A DNA stretch of 64,000 nucleotides from an uncultured virus (IMG/VR IMGVR_UViG_3300008259_004750) (lineage: Duplodnaviria; Heunggongvirae; Uroviricota; Caudoviricetes): the IMG/VR virus record IMGVR_UViG_3300008259_004750, positions 1 through 64,000 of that record. The stretch is one strand, 5' to 3'. Both the position numbers and the translations under genes were made by a program. Under the pieces are notes generated by a model that worked only from the letters and a program-made list of their open reading frames with translations, was not told the origin of the DNA and searched no databases. Position 1 is the stretch's first letter; every line of letters starts with the position of its first letter. This document shows positions 19,668 to 30,656 of the stretch, in pieces.

Positions 19668-20318
19668 TTACTGCCAAGAACAAGTGTGGAAATGTATACT
19701 GTATGTATTATCTTTTTTAAAACTTCTGATATGTTCAATATCATTTTCAGTAAAGTTTCTAACCATAAATCTATCCTCCAGTGCAAACGGATAAAATTCA
19801 GAACCTATAAAAATTTTATACTCACAATCCCAAGTATTACCATATATGATATTTGTTAAATAATATGGACCTGTTTCCGACATAACCCTATCAATCTGAT
19901 GTTTATAGATTGGAGATTGTATATTTAAATTTTCTAAATACTTTTTGCAAATAGGATGGTTTGGGATTGCCCCAACGACCCCAAACCAAATTTCTTTTGG
20001 GGCTAAATCATGAGCTCCGGCAAAAAATTCGTATTCTAACAGGTCATCAAATTTTTTTATTTGTAAGTTATCATAGTCCATGTATATACCCCCATATCTA
20101 TACAAAATTTCCATTTTAAGTATATCAGATTTGGCACCCATACTAAAACAATTATCATATGACTCTTTACTTTGAACTTCAAAATCTAAATTATCTTCCG
20201 TCCATTCGATAACTTCATAATCGTGGTTAATTTTTTTAACCTCATTAACAAATATTTCGGTCCACTTAGGTTTGTTACCACCCACCCATATAAAGTGTAT
20301 TTTTTTTGGTATACTCAT
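19668..20318 (-). CDS. GT32 (OCH1-like, DXD sugar-binding) glycosyltransferase
   Basis: IPKKIHFIW, KSDILKMEILYRYGGIYMDYD, ETGP. Confidence 0.85.
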   Translation of the reverse strand: MSIPKKIHFIWVGGNKPKWTEIFVNEVKKINHDYEVIEWTEDNLDFEVQSKESYDNCFSMGAKSDILKMEILYRYGGIYMDYDNLQIKKFDDLLEYEFFAGAHDLAPKEIWFGVVGAIPNHPICKKYLENLNIQSPIYKHQIDRVMSETGPYYLTNIIYGNTWDCEYKIFIGSEFYPFALEDRFMVRNFTENDIEHIRSFKKDNTYSIHFHTCSWQ

Positions 20319-20328
20319 TAGTTATATT

Positions 20329-21576
20329 TTAAAATAAATTTCCTGTTATTCTTTCGCACCAACCTTTTGATGTTGAGTGAGGCCATACAACCCAATACTT
20401 TGGTTTTGTTACGGTTTGGAATTGTCTCCATACTTTACAATAACCATCGGGGTCATTTTTCATTCTGCTAATTTCACTTGGGTCTGCGTCTTGTCTGAAT
20501 AATGTTTCATCATTTTCTCCGTGGAACGCAACCACCCAAAAATCATAATCTGTTTCAGGGACTTGAGAATAACCAACATCAATACAATGTTTGAAGATTG
20601 CTGAGAATGATTCCATATATTCTTCTTCATTTGCGAAATTTTGTGGATTTGGAGGATACAACTTATCCAATGTGTATTGCTGAACTCCTCTCTTTTTAAA
20701 ATTGATACCTGCATATTTTTCATAATCAGATAATGTTCTTTCAGTACCAAAACCATACTTACCCATGTCAACCATTTCTTCACCGTCCATACCAAACAAT
20801 TGTCTGTTTTTCTTATGAGCGTGATTGTTTTTTAAATGCCATTCTCTATCATCATCCCACTGTTTTGTTCTACCTTTACGGGTGTATTCATGCCATACAA
20901 GAACCTTATGAGGATGAAATAAATCATAACCCCAAGTATGAGCTCTTGCCGCAATTGAAATCTCTTCTCCGTGGAAATAATATTCGGGGTCGTGTTGTAC
21001 TTCATTACTAAACTCGCCGACAGTGAACGCGAAGTGAGCCGAATAAAAACGAGCGGTTACTGGTTTATCCATATTCTGCCAACCTGGTAAAGTTTCAGGT
21101 AAAAAGAACACCGCACCTTCAGGAATAAATCTATCAAATACCATTCTCCATGGCTCACGTACTCTTGCGGCCGGGTCATTATCAGGGTCAAATGATGAAA
21201 CATAACCTGTTAATAATGGTTTCTTATGACCATCTTTTTGAAGTTGTTTAATCATTTTGATAAACTCATCGTCCCAATCCTTTTCAAATCTCATGTGAGA
21301 GTCAATCTGCATCGTATAAGTTTCATCTTTATATAATTGTTGTACTTGATTTCTCGCCCAACATACTCCTTTAGATTCGGTATAAGGGATATCTAAAATT
21401 CTAAATCTTTTATCTTTTCTGTATTTATCAAGATTGTCAAAACCATCTTCAGGATGGAATTGTCTTGCAATACCGAATACTAAATTTTTAGGTTTTTTTG
21501 CATTCTCTAATGCACTTTCTATTGTAGGGACAAGTTGTGGGTCCCTATAAGATGCGATTTGAATAAAAATTTTCAT
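20329..21576 (-). CDS. GT60 family polypeptide alpha-N-acetylglucosaminyltransferase-like protein
   Basis: IFIQIASYRD, SKGVCWAR, MQIDSHMRF..DWD, LTGY, FYSAHFAF, DP..YFHGEEI, HTWGYD, HEY, GTERTL..YE. Confidence 0.8.
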   Translation of the reverse strand: MKIFIQIASYRDPQLVPTIESALENAKKPKNLVFGIARQFHPEDGFDNLDKYRKDKRFRILDIPYTESKGVCWARNQVQQLYKDETYTMQIDSHMRFEKDWDDEFIKMIKQLQKDGHKKPLLTGYVSSFDPDNDPAARVREPWRMVFDRFIPEGAVFFLPETLPGWQNMDKPVTARFYSAHFAFTVGEFSNEVQHDPEYYFHGEEISIAARAHTWGYDLFHPHKVLVWHEYTRKGRTKQWDDDREWHLKNNHAHKKNRQLFGMDGEEMVDMGKYGFGTERTLSDYEKYAGINFKKRGVQQYTLDKLYPPNPQNFANEEEYMESFSAIFKHCIDVGYSQVPETDYDFWVVAFHGENDETLFRQDADPSEISRMKNDPDGYCKVWRQFQTVTKPKYWVVWPHSTSKGWCERITGNLF

Positions 21577-21636
21577 TACAATTGTTTTTATAGAAAAAAT
21601 ATTAATTTATGTTAGATGGTAAATAGTATTTTAAAT

Positions 21637-22518
21637 TTACCAACAAGTTATTATTACAAGTCCGTTTCCTCCATTTCCTCCTCTTCCTCCTGTGGTTCCG
21701 GCACCACCTCCTCCACCTCCTGAACCAGGCCCTCCAACTCCTCCATTTCCACCAGGTGAAGCGTCAATACCAACACCACCGCCTCCACCAATACTATAAA
21801 ATCCTTTTACTCTATAATATCCACCAACACCGTTTGGGGAGGAAATAGAACTACCTCCGGCTATTGTTGGGTAATTATCGGAACCAAGTACCGGAGTTAC
21901 TGAACCTCCCGCGCCTGAACGACCTCCACCACCAGCACCTCCTGAAACTACCGTAAATGGTGTTAGTAACCCATATGTAATTTGCGCACCAGGTGAGTTA
22001 AGAGCCGTTAAACCTCCTAATCCTCCGGCGATTCCTACAACAAAGTTTTGATGTCCTAAATTAGAAAATAAGGCCGCCGCCGCGGTTGATATTGCCGCGG
22101 CAGTACCTGCGGTTCCTCTTGCCGCACCAGTACCGGCACCACCTCCACCTCCACCATTTGCGATAAGAAAATATGTTTGGGATGCGTTTGTTGAATTTGT
22201 AACATCGATGATGGTTTGTCCTCCACTAGTTCCGGCAATGGTTGCCGCTCCACCTGTACCTCCTAAACCAATAGTTATTGATAATATATCAGGAACTACA
22301 ATTGCCGGTAGATATAATCTTGATATACCTCCTGACGCTCCTCCTCCTCCTCCACCTTTTGCAGAACCAGCCGCGGCACTAAATCCGCCGCCTCCTCCAC
22401 CACCGGCACCTATTGCGGTTATTAAAATATTACTAACCCCTCTAGGTTTATACCATATTGCCGAGGAATAATAAAATTGAGTATTATTTCTTTGTGAAGA
22501 ATTATATAAATCTAACAT
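21637..22518 (-). CDS. Glycine-rich putative tail-fibre/adhesin protein
   Basis: WxKP.G...IGAGGGGGGG...GGRGGNGGNGLVIITCW. Confidence 0.7.
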   Translation of the reverse strand: MLDLYNSSQRNNTQFYYSSAIWYKPRGVSNILITAIGAGGGGGGGFSAAAGSAKGGGGGGASGGISRLYLPAIVVPDILSITIGLGGTGGAATIAGTSGGQTIIDVTNSTNASQTYFLIANGGGGGGAGTGAARGTAGTAAAISTAAAALFSNLGHQNFVVGIAGGLGGLTALNSPGAQITYGLLTPFTVVSGGAGGGGRSGAGGSVTPVLGSDNYPTIAGGSSISSPNGVGGYYRVKGFYSIGGGGGVGIDASPGGNGGVGGPGSGGGGGGAGTTGGRGGNGGNGLVIITCW

Positions 22519-22525
22519 ATTATTT

Positions 22526-23374
22526 TTACCAACAATTTATTATTACAAGTCCGTCTCCACCTCTACCTCCTCTTCCTCCTGTAATACCAGCACCACCTCC
22601 TCCACCTCCACAACCAATACCACCATCACCTCCATTTCCACCTGTACCTGTACCATTACCTCCACCACCAGTACCTCCTAAAAATATTAGTGGGGATAAG
22701 GAATTTATTTGAGAACTAATTCCGTCAGTTCCTCCTGATGTTCCACCTGAAAAGTTAGGTACGACACCAGCACCAATTATACTTCCTCCATTTGTACTAG
22801 TGTTTGAAACAGTTTTAGTTCCTCCTCCACAACCGGGGGTTATTGATAATGGCCCCGCGGCCGGTAATGACCCATATGTTATATTGGGGAGTCCTGAAGA
22901 ACCTCCCGCTCCACCTGCGTTACTTATAAAAATTCCCATAGATGCTAAATTCGCAGTTTGCAAGGTAGTGGATTGACCTCCACTACCTCCTCCTCCTGAT
23001 GAAAGTCCTTGGGTAGATGAGCCTCCCGCTATCATTATCGTTGATAAAAACGTAGTAATCCCTTCAACCCTACTTTCACTACCAACCACCCCATCTCCAT
23101 TTGGTACTCCTCCGGCACCACCCCTTCCTACTGTCACTCTAAGTCTATCTTCTAACAAATCAGCACTAATCATCGCTCTTGATATCGCACCCGTACCACC
23201 TCCTCCACCACCATTACCAGCAACACCTGATGCGGTTGACTGACCTCCGCCACCACCTCCACCACCGCCTATCAAAGTAACATAAACCATACTTATACCT
23301 TGTGGTTTTATCCAATTTCCACTTTGATAAAATACTTGGGTTCTAAATGATGTGTCAGGTAAATTATGTGTCAT
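22526..23374 (-). CDS. Glycine-rich putative tail-fibre/adhesin protein (paralog)
   Basis: WIKPQG...IGGGGGGG...GGRGGRGGDGLVIINCW. Confidence 0.7.
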   Translation of the reverse strand: MTHNLPDTSFRTQVFYQSGNWIKPQGISMVYVTLIGGGGGGGGGQSTASGVAGNGGGGGGTGAISRAMISADLLEDRLRVTVGRGGAGGVPNGDGVVGSESRVEGITTFLSTIMIAGGSSTQGLSSGGGGSGGQSTTLQTANLASMGIFISNAGGAGGSSGLPNITYGSLPAAGPLSITPGCGGGTKTVSNTSTNGGSIIGAGVVPNFSGGTSGGTDGISSQINSLSPLIFLGGTGGGGNGTGTGGNGGDGGIGCGGGGGGAGITGGRGGRGGDGLVIINCW

Positions 23375-23375
23375 A

Positions 23376-24275
23376 TTAATTGCATGTTATAATAATTAAT
23401 CCATGTCCTCCATTTCCACCACGACCTCCAACAAATCCTGTATTATTTCCTCCTCCACCACCTCCACCTGAACCAATTGCACCGTGACCCCCATTACCAC
23501 CAGGAACAGTTCCATTTCTAGCCCCCCAACCTCCGACCCCTCCTGTAGTTTGAAATGGTTTCCATGAAATTTGTCCTCCGGGTCCGTCTAAAATTATTGT
23601 CCCATCAGAAGCAAATGTGTCTGATAAAGTAGTACCGTTTGCATCTATACCTCCAGGAGTTCCCCTAACAAACGTAGGTTGAGCACTTCTTGCCGCTCCC
23701 CCACTTCCACCACTTGTTAATGTTGCTAAAGCCGATACAGGTGTGGCGGTTGATGACGCACCATAACCGGCAGTACCGTTACCTCCGGCAATTGCAGAAA
23801 ATATACCAAGGTTATGGTAAACTGATGTTGTTGCGGCGGCAACTCCACCACCTCCACCAGCAAGTCCGCCACTTGCGCCGCCAGCACCACCACCCGCACC
23901 TCCGTTTGTAAAAATAATTCTAGTTGATACTACATTACTTCCACCGGGTATATCAATATATGACGAACCTCCCGCAGTTCCGGCAACGGCATTACCACCA
24001 CCAGCTCCCCCGACTCCAACATTTAATATTAAAGTTTCGGGTATAAAAATTGCAGGAATGGTTAATTTTGTAACACCTCCTCCGCCGCCTCCACCACCTC
24101 CTTGCGAACCTATCGATGGGGAAGTGGCGTTACCCCCTCCTCCACCACCTCCGGCCGCAACCACAAAAAAATTTATCATGGTTATGTTTTGTGGTTTACT
24201 CCAAAAACTTTGACCAGGTTGAGTGAATATTTGATTATAAGGGTCTTGTGGTAAATTAAATAAATCGTAAGCCAT
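23376..24275 (-). CDS. Glycine-rich putative tail-fibre/adhesin protein (paralog)
   Basis: WSKPQN...AAGGGGGGG...GGRGGNGGHGLIIITCN. Confidence 0.7.
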   Translation of the reverse strand: MAYDLFNLPQDPYNQIFTQPGQSFWSKPQNITMINFFVVAAGGGGGGGNATSPSIGSQGGGGGGGGGVTKLTIPAIFIPETLILNVGVGGAGGGNAVAGTAGGSSYIDIPGGSNVVSTRIIFTNGGAGGGAGGASGGLAGGGGGVAAATTSVYHNLGIFSAIAGGNGTAGYGASSTATPVSALATLTSGGSGGAARSAQPTFVRGTPGGIDANGTTLSDTFASDGTIILDGPGGQISWKPFQTTGGVGGWGARNGTVPGGNGGHGAIGSGGGGGGGNNTGFVGGRGGNGGHGLIIITCN

Positions 24276-24454
24276 TATTCAGCCCAATCAGGTAATTCAT
24301 TTGGGATTGTACAAGCATATCCACACGCACCCAAAGATAATGTGTTTCCACTTAAATCAGTGATTCTGTTTTCTTGGATACCCATCTCATCAATTATTAG
24401 ATATCCGTATTCAACTGGAGAACCGTATTCGAATTTTATCTTGTAGTAATACAT
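24275..24454 (-). CDS. Small hypothetical protein (59 aa, MYYYKIKFEYGSPVEYGYLIIDE...PDWAE), missing from the ORF track
   Basis: Translated by hand; TAATG stop/start overlaps with both neighbours. Confidence 0.8.
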   Translation of the reverse strand: MYYYKIKFEYGSPVEYGYLIIDEMGIQENRITDLSGNTLSLGACGYACTIPNELPDWAE

Positions 24455-24882
24455 TAGTAGTCCCCTCCTATAACTGTTGCTTGAATATTAGCCCCCGTTG
24501 TTGGTGCGGTTCCTAGTGTGACATATATCCTATAATTTGCAGGTAATGCGAAATTAAATGGTATCTCATAAAATGGTGTTGAGGCCACTTGTGAAAATGT
24601 GGTGTTGGATGCGATTGTAATTTCATCAAATAGTGTACTATTTGATGCAACTGTAACATCTTGTCCATTGTTTATCCAAACACGAGCAACTGTTGCTGCG
24701 GTATTACCTGATGGTGGTACATGTCTAAATCTTATTTTTTGTACAAAACTTCCGTTTGTTCCTGCGGTAAACACAAGATAAGATGTACTACCTGTGACAT
24801 TACCTGTATTTGCCGCATTCATCAGAGTTGACCATTGTGTCTCTCCTTGAATTGAAAAAATTGGTTGTGTATTTGCTGCCAT
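24454..24882 (-). CDS. Small beta-sandwich fibre-associated protein
   Basis: 142 aa; VFTAGTNGS.V..I...VAR.WIN...LFDEI...LPANYRI...GGDY; follows the fibre gene. Confidence 0.6.
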   Translation of the reverse strand: MAANTQPIFSIQGETQWSTLMNAANTGNVTGSTSYLVFTAGTNGSFVQKIRFRHVPPSGNTAATVARVWINNGQDVTVASNSTLFDEITIASNTTFSQVASTPFYEIPFNFALPANYRIYVTLGTAPTTGANIQATVIGGDY

Positions 24883-24887
24883 ATTGA

Positions 24888-27800
24888 TTATATATAATTT
24901 AAGTTATTTCCTGTGGTGTAGGCTTTTCCGTAATCAAATTGTTGTATTATTACTACATTACCTGTCGATGTACTTGCCGATATTCCGTATCCCGCAGTAA
25001 TTCCTGTTACTCCTAAATTAGTAATTGTTACATTATTGTCACTAGTTGTTGCGGTAATACCATCACCACTTGTAATACCAGTAATACCTTGTGTTATTTG
25101 ATTTGTAAATACTAACGTGTTTGTTGCCGCGGATGTTATGGTTATACCAATACCACTAAAATTAAGGTCAGAGTTATTTGAGTTGGCACTGAATTGAGTA
25201 ATACCCCCAATTTGAATATTTTTAAATATATTCTGTGAGGAGCCCTTATCAATGTTTATTATTGTGGTTAGGAAACTTGTGGTATCTCCTGACAATCCGT
25301 CTGTTGCGGTTATACCTGTAATTCCTTGTTGTTGTGTATTTGTTATAGTTATAAGACCATTGTTATTTGACGATACCGATATTCCGTTTCCATTGGTTAT
25401 CGCACTAACAGGTAGATTTTGATATGTTGTTGCAGATATTGTATTTGCGGTTAAACCATCTGTAAAAATGGTCGCCCCTGATACAGTACCACCTGTAAAA
25501 TTAGAACCTGTTGTGCCTGTAAATGATATTGTAAAATTACCATTACTACCTGTGACTGATATGTTATCACCGCCAGTAAGACCACTAACAGGTAAATTTT
25601 GATATGTTGTTGCAGATATTGTTGTTGCGGTAATGCCATCATTAAATAATTGACCTACTGAAAAAATATTATTTACATTCTTATACGCAACATTTGCATA
25701 TTCCGAGCTTGTTAAATGGTAATATTGACCGGCCGAACCACCTTGTATTCCTGTTAAATCATTGTGGGATTGTACTGTTGTTGGTTGGAATACTTGTACG
25801 AATGCGCTTTCCACAATACCCGTTGTTGCACTAACTTGTACGATAATTCTTCCTGTTAAAAACGCATGTGATGTTATTAATTCAGGTAAATTAGGTTCGG
25901 TTGATAATTGGGCTTCGGACACCGTATCGTACTCATCGGTACTCCAAACTTCATATAAATGGTCGTTAACTTCTTGTCCTCTAAAATACCAATTGACAAG
26001 ATATTTTCCTGCAGTTGCTAGTACTTTATCAGTACTTGTATCATAATATAAATTATTTAAAGTATTCGAAGTTGTAGTATAAACCCAAGTACTTCCACTA
26101 TGATAGCTTTGGAAAAATACGTCATCTTGACTATTAACGGCAACTAATGATTGTCTGTTTGTCGCATTCCAAGCAATACCTCCCGATAAAGTTACAACAC
26201 CTGTTGACCCACTTAGTGCCAATGAAAATCCACTTTCCCTTGCAAATCTGTCAGTTGCGATAATCCTATCATTTAATTTATTTGGTAAACCGGCACCTTC
26301 ATTACCAAAATCTAAAACATGAACAAAATTGTTTGCTCTATAAACAATTAAATATAGAACAATATTACTATCATTAATTGTTGAGTTATCGGTCAATACA
26401 TCATAAACGGGAGAACCACCGTTATAATTTATTACAATATAATTTGTATCGTTATTGGACAACGCTGGTAATCCTCCACTTCCGGTTGTTGCGGATGTTA
26501 CTACATAAACCTCAACACTTCCCGTAAATACAGCATTATTATATAATGCAACTTGTGTGGTTGGGAAAGTCATTGTCCCATCATTATTGTTAATCCATAA
26601 ATCTGAATTCACAATAACCCCCGCATTATAATTAGGAACATTATAATAAGTTGTTGCCGATATTGTATTGGCGCTTAAACCACCTGTAAAAATGGTTGCA
26701 CCTGATACAGTTCCTCCTGTAAAATTAGAACCTGTGGTTCCTGTAAATGATATTGTAAAATTACCGTTGGCTCCCGTTATAGAAATGTTATTCCCTTCCG
26801 TTAAACCGCTAACAGGTAAATTCTGATATGTTGTTGCTGATATTGTATTGGCGGTTAAAACTCCTGTAAATTGAGTTCCACCTGTTACAGTACCTCCACT
26901 TAATGGTAGGTAATCTCCCGATAAAGAACTACCAGTATAGGCAGATAAACTAATTGTAAATGCGGAGTATTGGTCTTTTCTATTTTGAGATAATGTTATC
27001 ACATCATTATTCAATGAAAAACCTGTAACAAATGTGTCTCCACTTCCACCAATAGATGTTGATAAACCAACTTGTTTTGCGACAATAATTACCGAAGGAG
27101 AATCAGGTCTTGTCGGTGTTGTTAAACCACTTAATGCGGTTAATTGAACATATTGACTGTCAGATGAAAAATAAAATTCAACATAATCACCAGCATTTAA
27201 CTCAAGTATATAAGAAACAAATGGTAATTGATATACACTGTTAGCAACTAATCCAAGAGTTGATGAACTCCGCTCAACATCTTGTCCATTTATTTTGGCC
27301 CAAATTGTTACATCGGCCTCCGTCCCTTGTGTTTTTTCTATTTGGGCGGAATATCCAATTTCATAAACACCCGTATTTTGTACTGTGATTTTAGTATTAT
27401 CAACAACACTAATACCATTAGATATTTCAGTTGTATTATATTTCCAAACTGTCGCAATATTCGCACCACTTACAGGTTGGTTTGTTGAGTCAGAAAAACT
27501 TCCGTAATAATTTGCAGAAAAACCGGTTGCGGTTAAACCTGTTACGGTAAATGTTCCTCCTGAATTATTCGTAAATAATATTTCACTTCCGTTATAAGTA
27601 CCTCCTGTTACATATACATCAAATCCTGAAGAACCTGATGACCCACCAGTTCCTGCTGAAAATATTAATGTATTATTTGCACCTGAAATAATGTTAAGAT
27701 TGATTCCACTAAAATTAATAAATGTATTTGTGTTGGCGGAGAATTGTGGTGTTCCGTTAATATTAACAGAATGGAATACATGAGATAAATTACCACCATT

Positions 27801-30037
27801 TCCAAGAAATGTTGTACCTGATATTGCTCCGTCAGCTCTTATAAATGAAGTTATAGTTCCTCCTGAACTAATTCCTTGTATTAGTTGAGCAACAGTATCG
27901 GCACTGGTTGTTCCATTTTTAATAGATATTCCATCTAATGTAGAATTAATTGTGATTTCAGGTTCAGATGAATTAAGATACGCTTGTTGTAGAGTAGTTG
28001 TTGTAGAGTAGTTGTTCCAATACCTCCAGCGGCTCCAACTGTTTCACCAAATTTAGAAACTAAAAAGATTTGAGCTCTTGAGGTATCTGATAAATTATCA
28101 CAGGTACTTGTAATACTTAAAATACCTATTAATATTGCGTTATTTGTAAAATTTGGAAAAACCGTAAATGTTTCTGTTTGAATTCCTGCAATTGCGGCGG
28201 ATAATTGATTATATTCTTCTTGCCCATATTGAATCCTAAATTGTCCGTTTTGAAGTAAATAAATTCTTTGGTTGGTTGATTTAACTCCTGATACTGGAGT
28301 CACTACCCCACCATCGTCCCATTTAGTTGGGTCTATTTGAGTTACATTTGTAACACTACCTCCTGTTTGGGTTCTGTATTGAAATGTACATGGGGATTGA
28401 CCCGGAATAGTTACCGCATTTGGTTGCAAAGTATTAACTGAGAAATTAATACCTAAACCATATATAAAACCCGCACTTGTATTAAATGTAAGTCCAGTAT
28501 TTACCGATGGATAAACTCCACCATTTATAAGATTTATTGGTGCAAAAACATCACGAAGCTGTGCAAGTGGAGATAATACAAAATCAGGTTGACTAAAAAC
28601 AAGATTGATTGATGTTTTTTCAGGGTGACCGATTTTACCTAAAAATATATTTTGTCTTCTTTGTTGTTCTGTTAGTGGAGTTGCCTGTTGACCGATTGTT
28701 GCCCCACTTGTTAAATAAACGAATGTCTCAAAGGCAGTGTTTACATAAATGTCAGTATGAGTTCCACCACTATAATCAACATAATAAATTTGAGGTGATA
28801 ATGGGTTTGATGTGTCATCAACTATCCATCCTTTAACTCTTGCTACTGAGAATTGTGTTGATGAAACTTTTGATAATCCCGAGAATTCAAAAACACCAGT
28901 TGAGTTGTTAACTGTACTTCTGTCCTGTCCCAAAATCACCCATTGAGCCCCATTACTAACAAGTTGAGCAGCGTTGGTTTCACTTAAAATTAATAAATTT
29001 TTATCATCAATTTTTTCACTTCCAAAAGGTAAGATTGTTACCGCCCCACCACCATTATTTTTAATCGCAAGTAATCTTCCCTGAACTCCTACAGCAGTTG
29101 GTAATTGGACATTAAATGTTCCACCAGTAACATCAACCATATAATCAAAATCGGTTACAGTGTATGTACTACTAACTGTTTTTTGAGGAAATGTTATTCC
29201 TCCCGTTGATGTAAGTCCGCTAGTCCTTGTTAGACCTGAAACAAATAAAGTATTTGCACTTAATCCACTTGTAAAATATGTGTTACCTGAGACTGTACCT
29301 CCACTTAATGGAAGATAATCACCTGATAAAGAACTACCGGTGTATGCCGATAAACTAATTGTAAACGCGGAGTATTGGTCAGTTCTATTTTGAGATAATG
29401 TGATTATATTATTATTTAAACTAAAACCTGTAACATAAGAATCAGGATAATTTAAATAAGTTGTTGCAGATATTGTAGTTGCGTAGATATTTCCCTCCAC
29501 CGATAAATCGGCATAAATTGAAACATCGTCATTAAATATTGAAGTTGAGGTTACTTGTAATGTGGTTAAATCGGTTTGCCCAAGAACCGATATGTTTTGA
29601 AAATTAGCGGTATAGGCGGTTAGTGAATTGATATCAACACCTGAATTAAATGATGTAAACCCGCTTACTGTACCACCACTTAATGATAGGAAATAATTAG
29701 CCAAATCTGATGTTCCTGTAAAACTAACAACAACATTACCAGTTGTAGGAGATACGGCAATTCCATCAGTACCTGTCACACTTGTAACTCCTGATGATGG
29801 TGTTGCGGCAGTTACAGGAGCCCAAATGGCATTACCAAACGAATCACAAGTTAAAACATAACCAAGTTGTTCCGTACCGTTTGAATATGTAAAACTATCA
29901 TTAACCGTTAACCCTGATTGAAAAACGGGATTAACAGGGACCGCACCACCAATTCTATAAACTATACCATCACCAAAATTACATTGTAGGACATAATTAT
30001 ATGAATCTTTAATTAATTGGTCTTTAATATCTGCCAT
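24888..30037 (-). pseudogene. Long tail-fibre-like protein (1711 aa if repaired), frameshifted by a 14-bp tandem duplication
   Basis: The frame of ORF 24888-27014 is open back to about 27985 (AYLNSSEPEITIN..., including a C1q/BclA-like segment YYGSFSD...TGVYEIGYSAQI...DYVEFYF). Removing 14 nt of the repeat at 27984-28016 joins it to ORF 27935-30037. YLPLSGGT and ANTISATTY repeats occur in both halves. Confidence 0.8.
27984..28016. repeat. Perfect 14-bp tandem duplication flanked by TTGTT microhomology
   Basis: ttgttgtagagtag ttgttgtagagtag ttgtt. Confidence 0.9.
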
Positions 30038-30081
30038 TATTTAATTTTACAAATTTTGTAGTACTAATAAATAGTGATAAA

Positions 30082-30579
30082 TTAGATTCCAGGAGGACAA
30101 ACTCCATTAACACAATTACCCAAAATTGTAATAGTCAAAATTGGGTCATCTGTGGTCGGGGTATTACCACATCTTTCTAATATATTACCAGCAGTAACTG
30201 AACGAGCAATTAGTATACCGTCACATCTAATATAAGTAATATCTATATCACTACCTGACGCAGTATTATCAAACTGAATACAGAAACAATTTTGGTTTGC
30301 TTCAGGTGTTGGGGTTGGGGTTGGTGTATACGAAGGTGTTATAGTCACACTTGGTGTTGGTAACAAACATCCAATATTATAAAATAATTCACACCCGTTT
30401 GCATCTATTAGTTTAACTATAACTGACGGAGCTCCGGTTAAACCAATCGGTAAATCAATATATAATGGAAAAACTGAAACTCCAGTTGCCGCCGAATAAC
30501 AATAAGTTATTGTCGTATCACAAACATAAACATCATAAGGCGCGACTCCTGTTACATTATTTATTTCTATAACTTGCAT
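30082..30579 (-). CDS. Small putative virion protein: Ig-like N-domain, Pro/Thr linker, six-Cys module
   Basis: 165 aa; PTPSVTITPSYTPTPTPTP then CFC...C...C...C...CP. Confidence 0.7.
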   Translation of the reverse strand: MQVIEINNVTGVAPYDVYVCDTTITYCYSAATGVSVFPLYIDLPIGLTGAPSVIVKLIDANGCELFYNIGCLLPTPSVTITPSYTPTPTPTPEANQNCFCIQFDNTASGSDIDITYIRCDGILIARSVTAGNILERCGNTPTTDDPILTITILGNCVNGVCPPGI

Positions 30580-30656
30580 TACTATAAAATAATTCTTTTG
30601 TTTTCAGTATAAATAGAAAAACTTTAACTTTATTCTTTTTGGCTTATTTATATTAA

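Noticed and set aside
8814..21576. Bacterial O-antigen/capsule locus or giant eukaryotic virus origin
   Set aside because: No flippase, polymerase, ABC exporter or priming transferase; context has a baseplate spike, sigma factor, bacterial promoters, intrinsic terminators and overlapping operonic genes
22208..23911. Pro- and His-rich plus-strand ORFs
   Set aside because: Antisense of polyglycine codons
24888..30037. Diversity-generating retroelement template/variable repeats among the fibre duplications
   Set aside because: Both copies are in-frame coding, differences do not appear adenine-specific, and no reverse transcriptase is in the window
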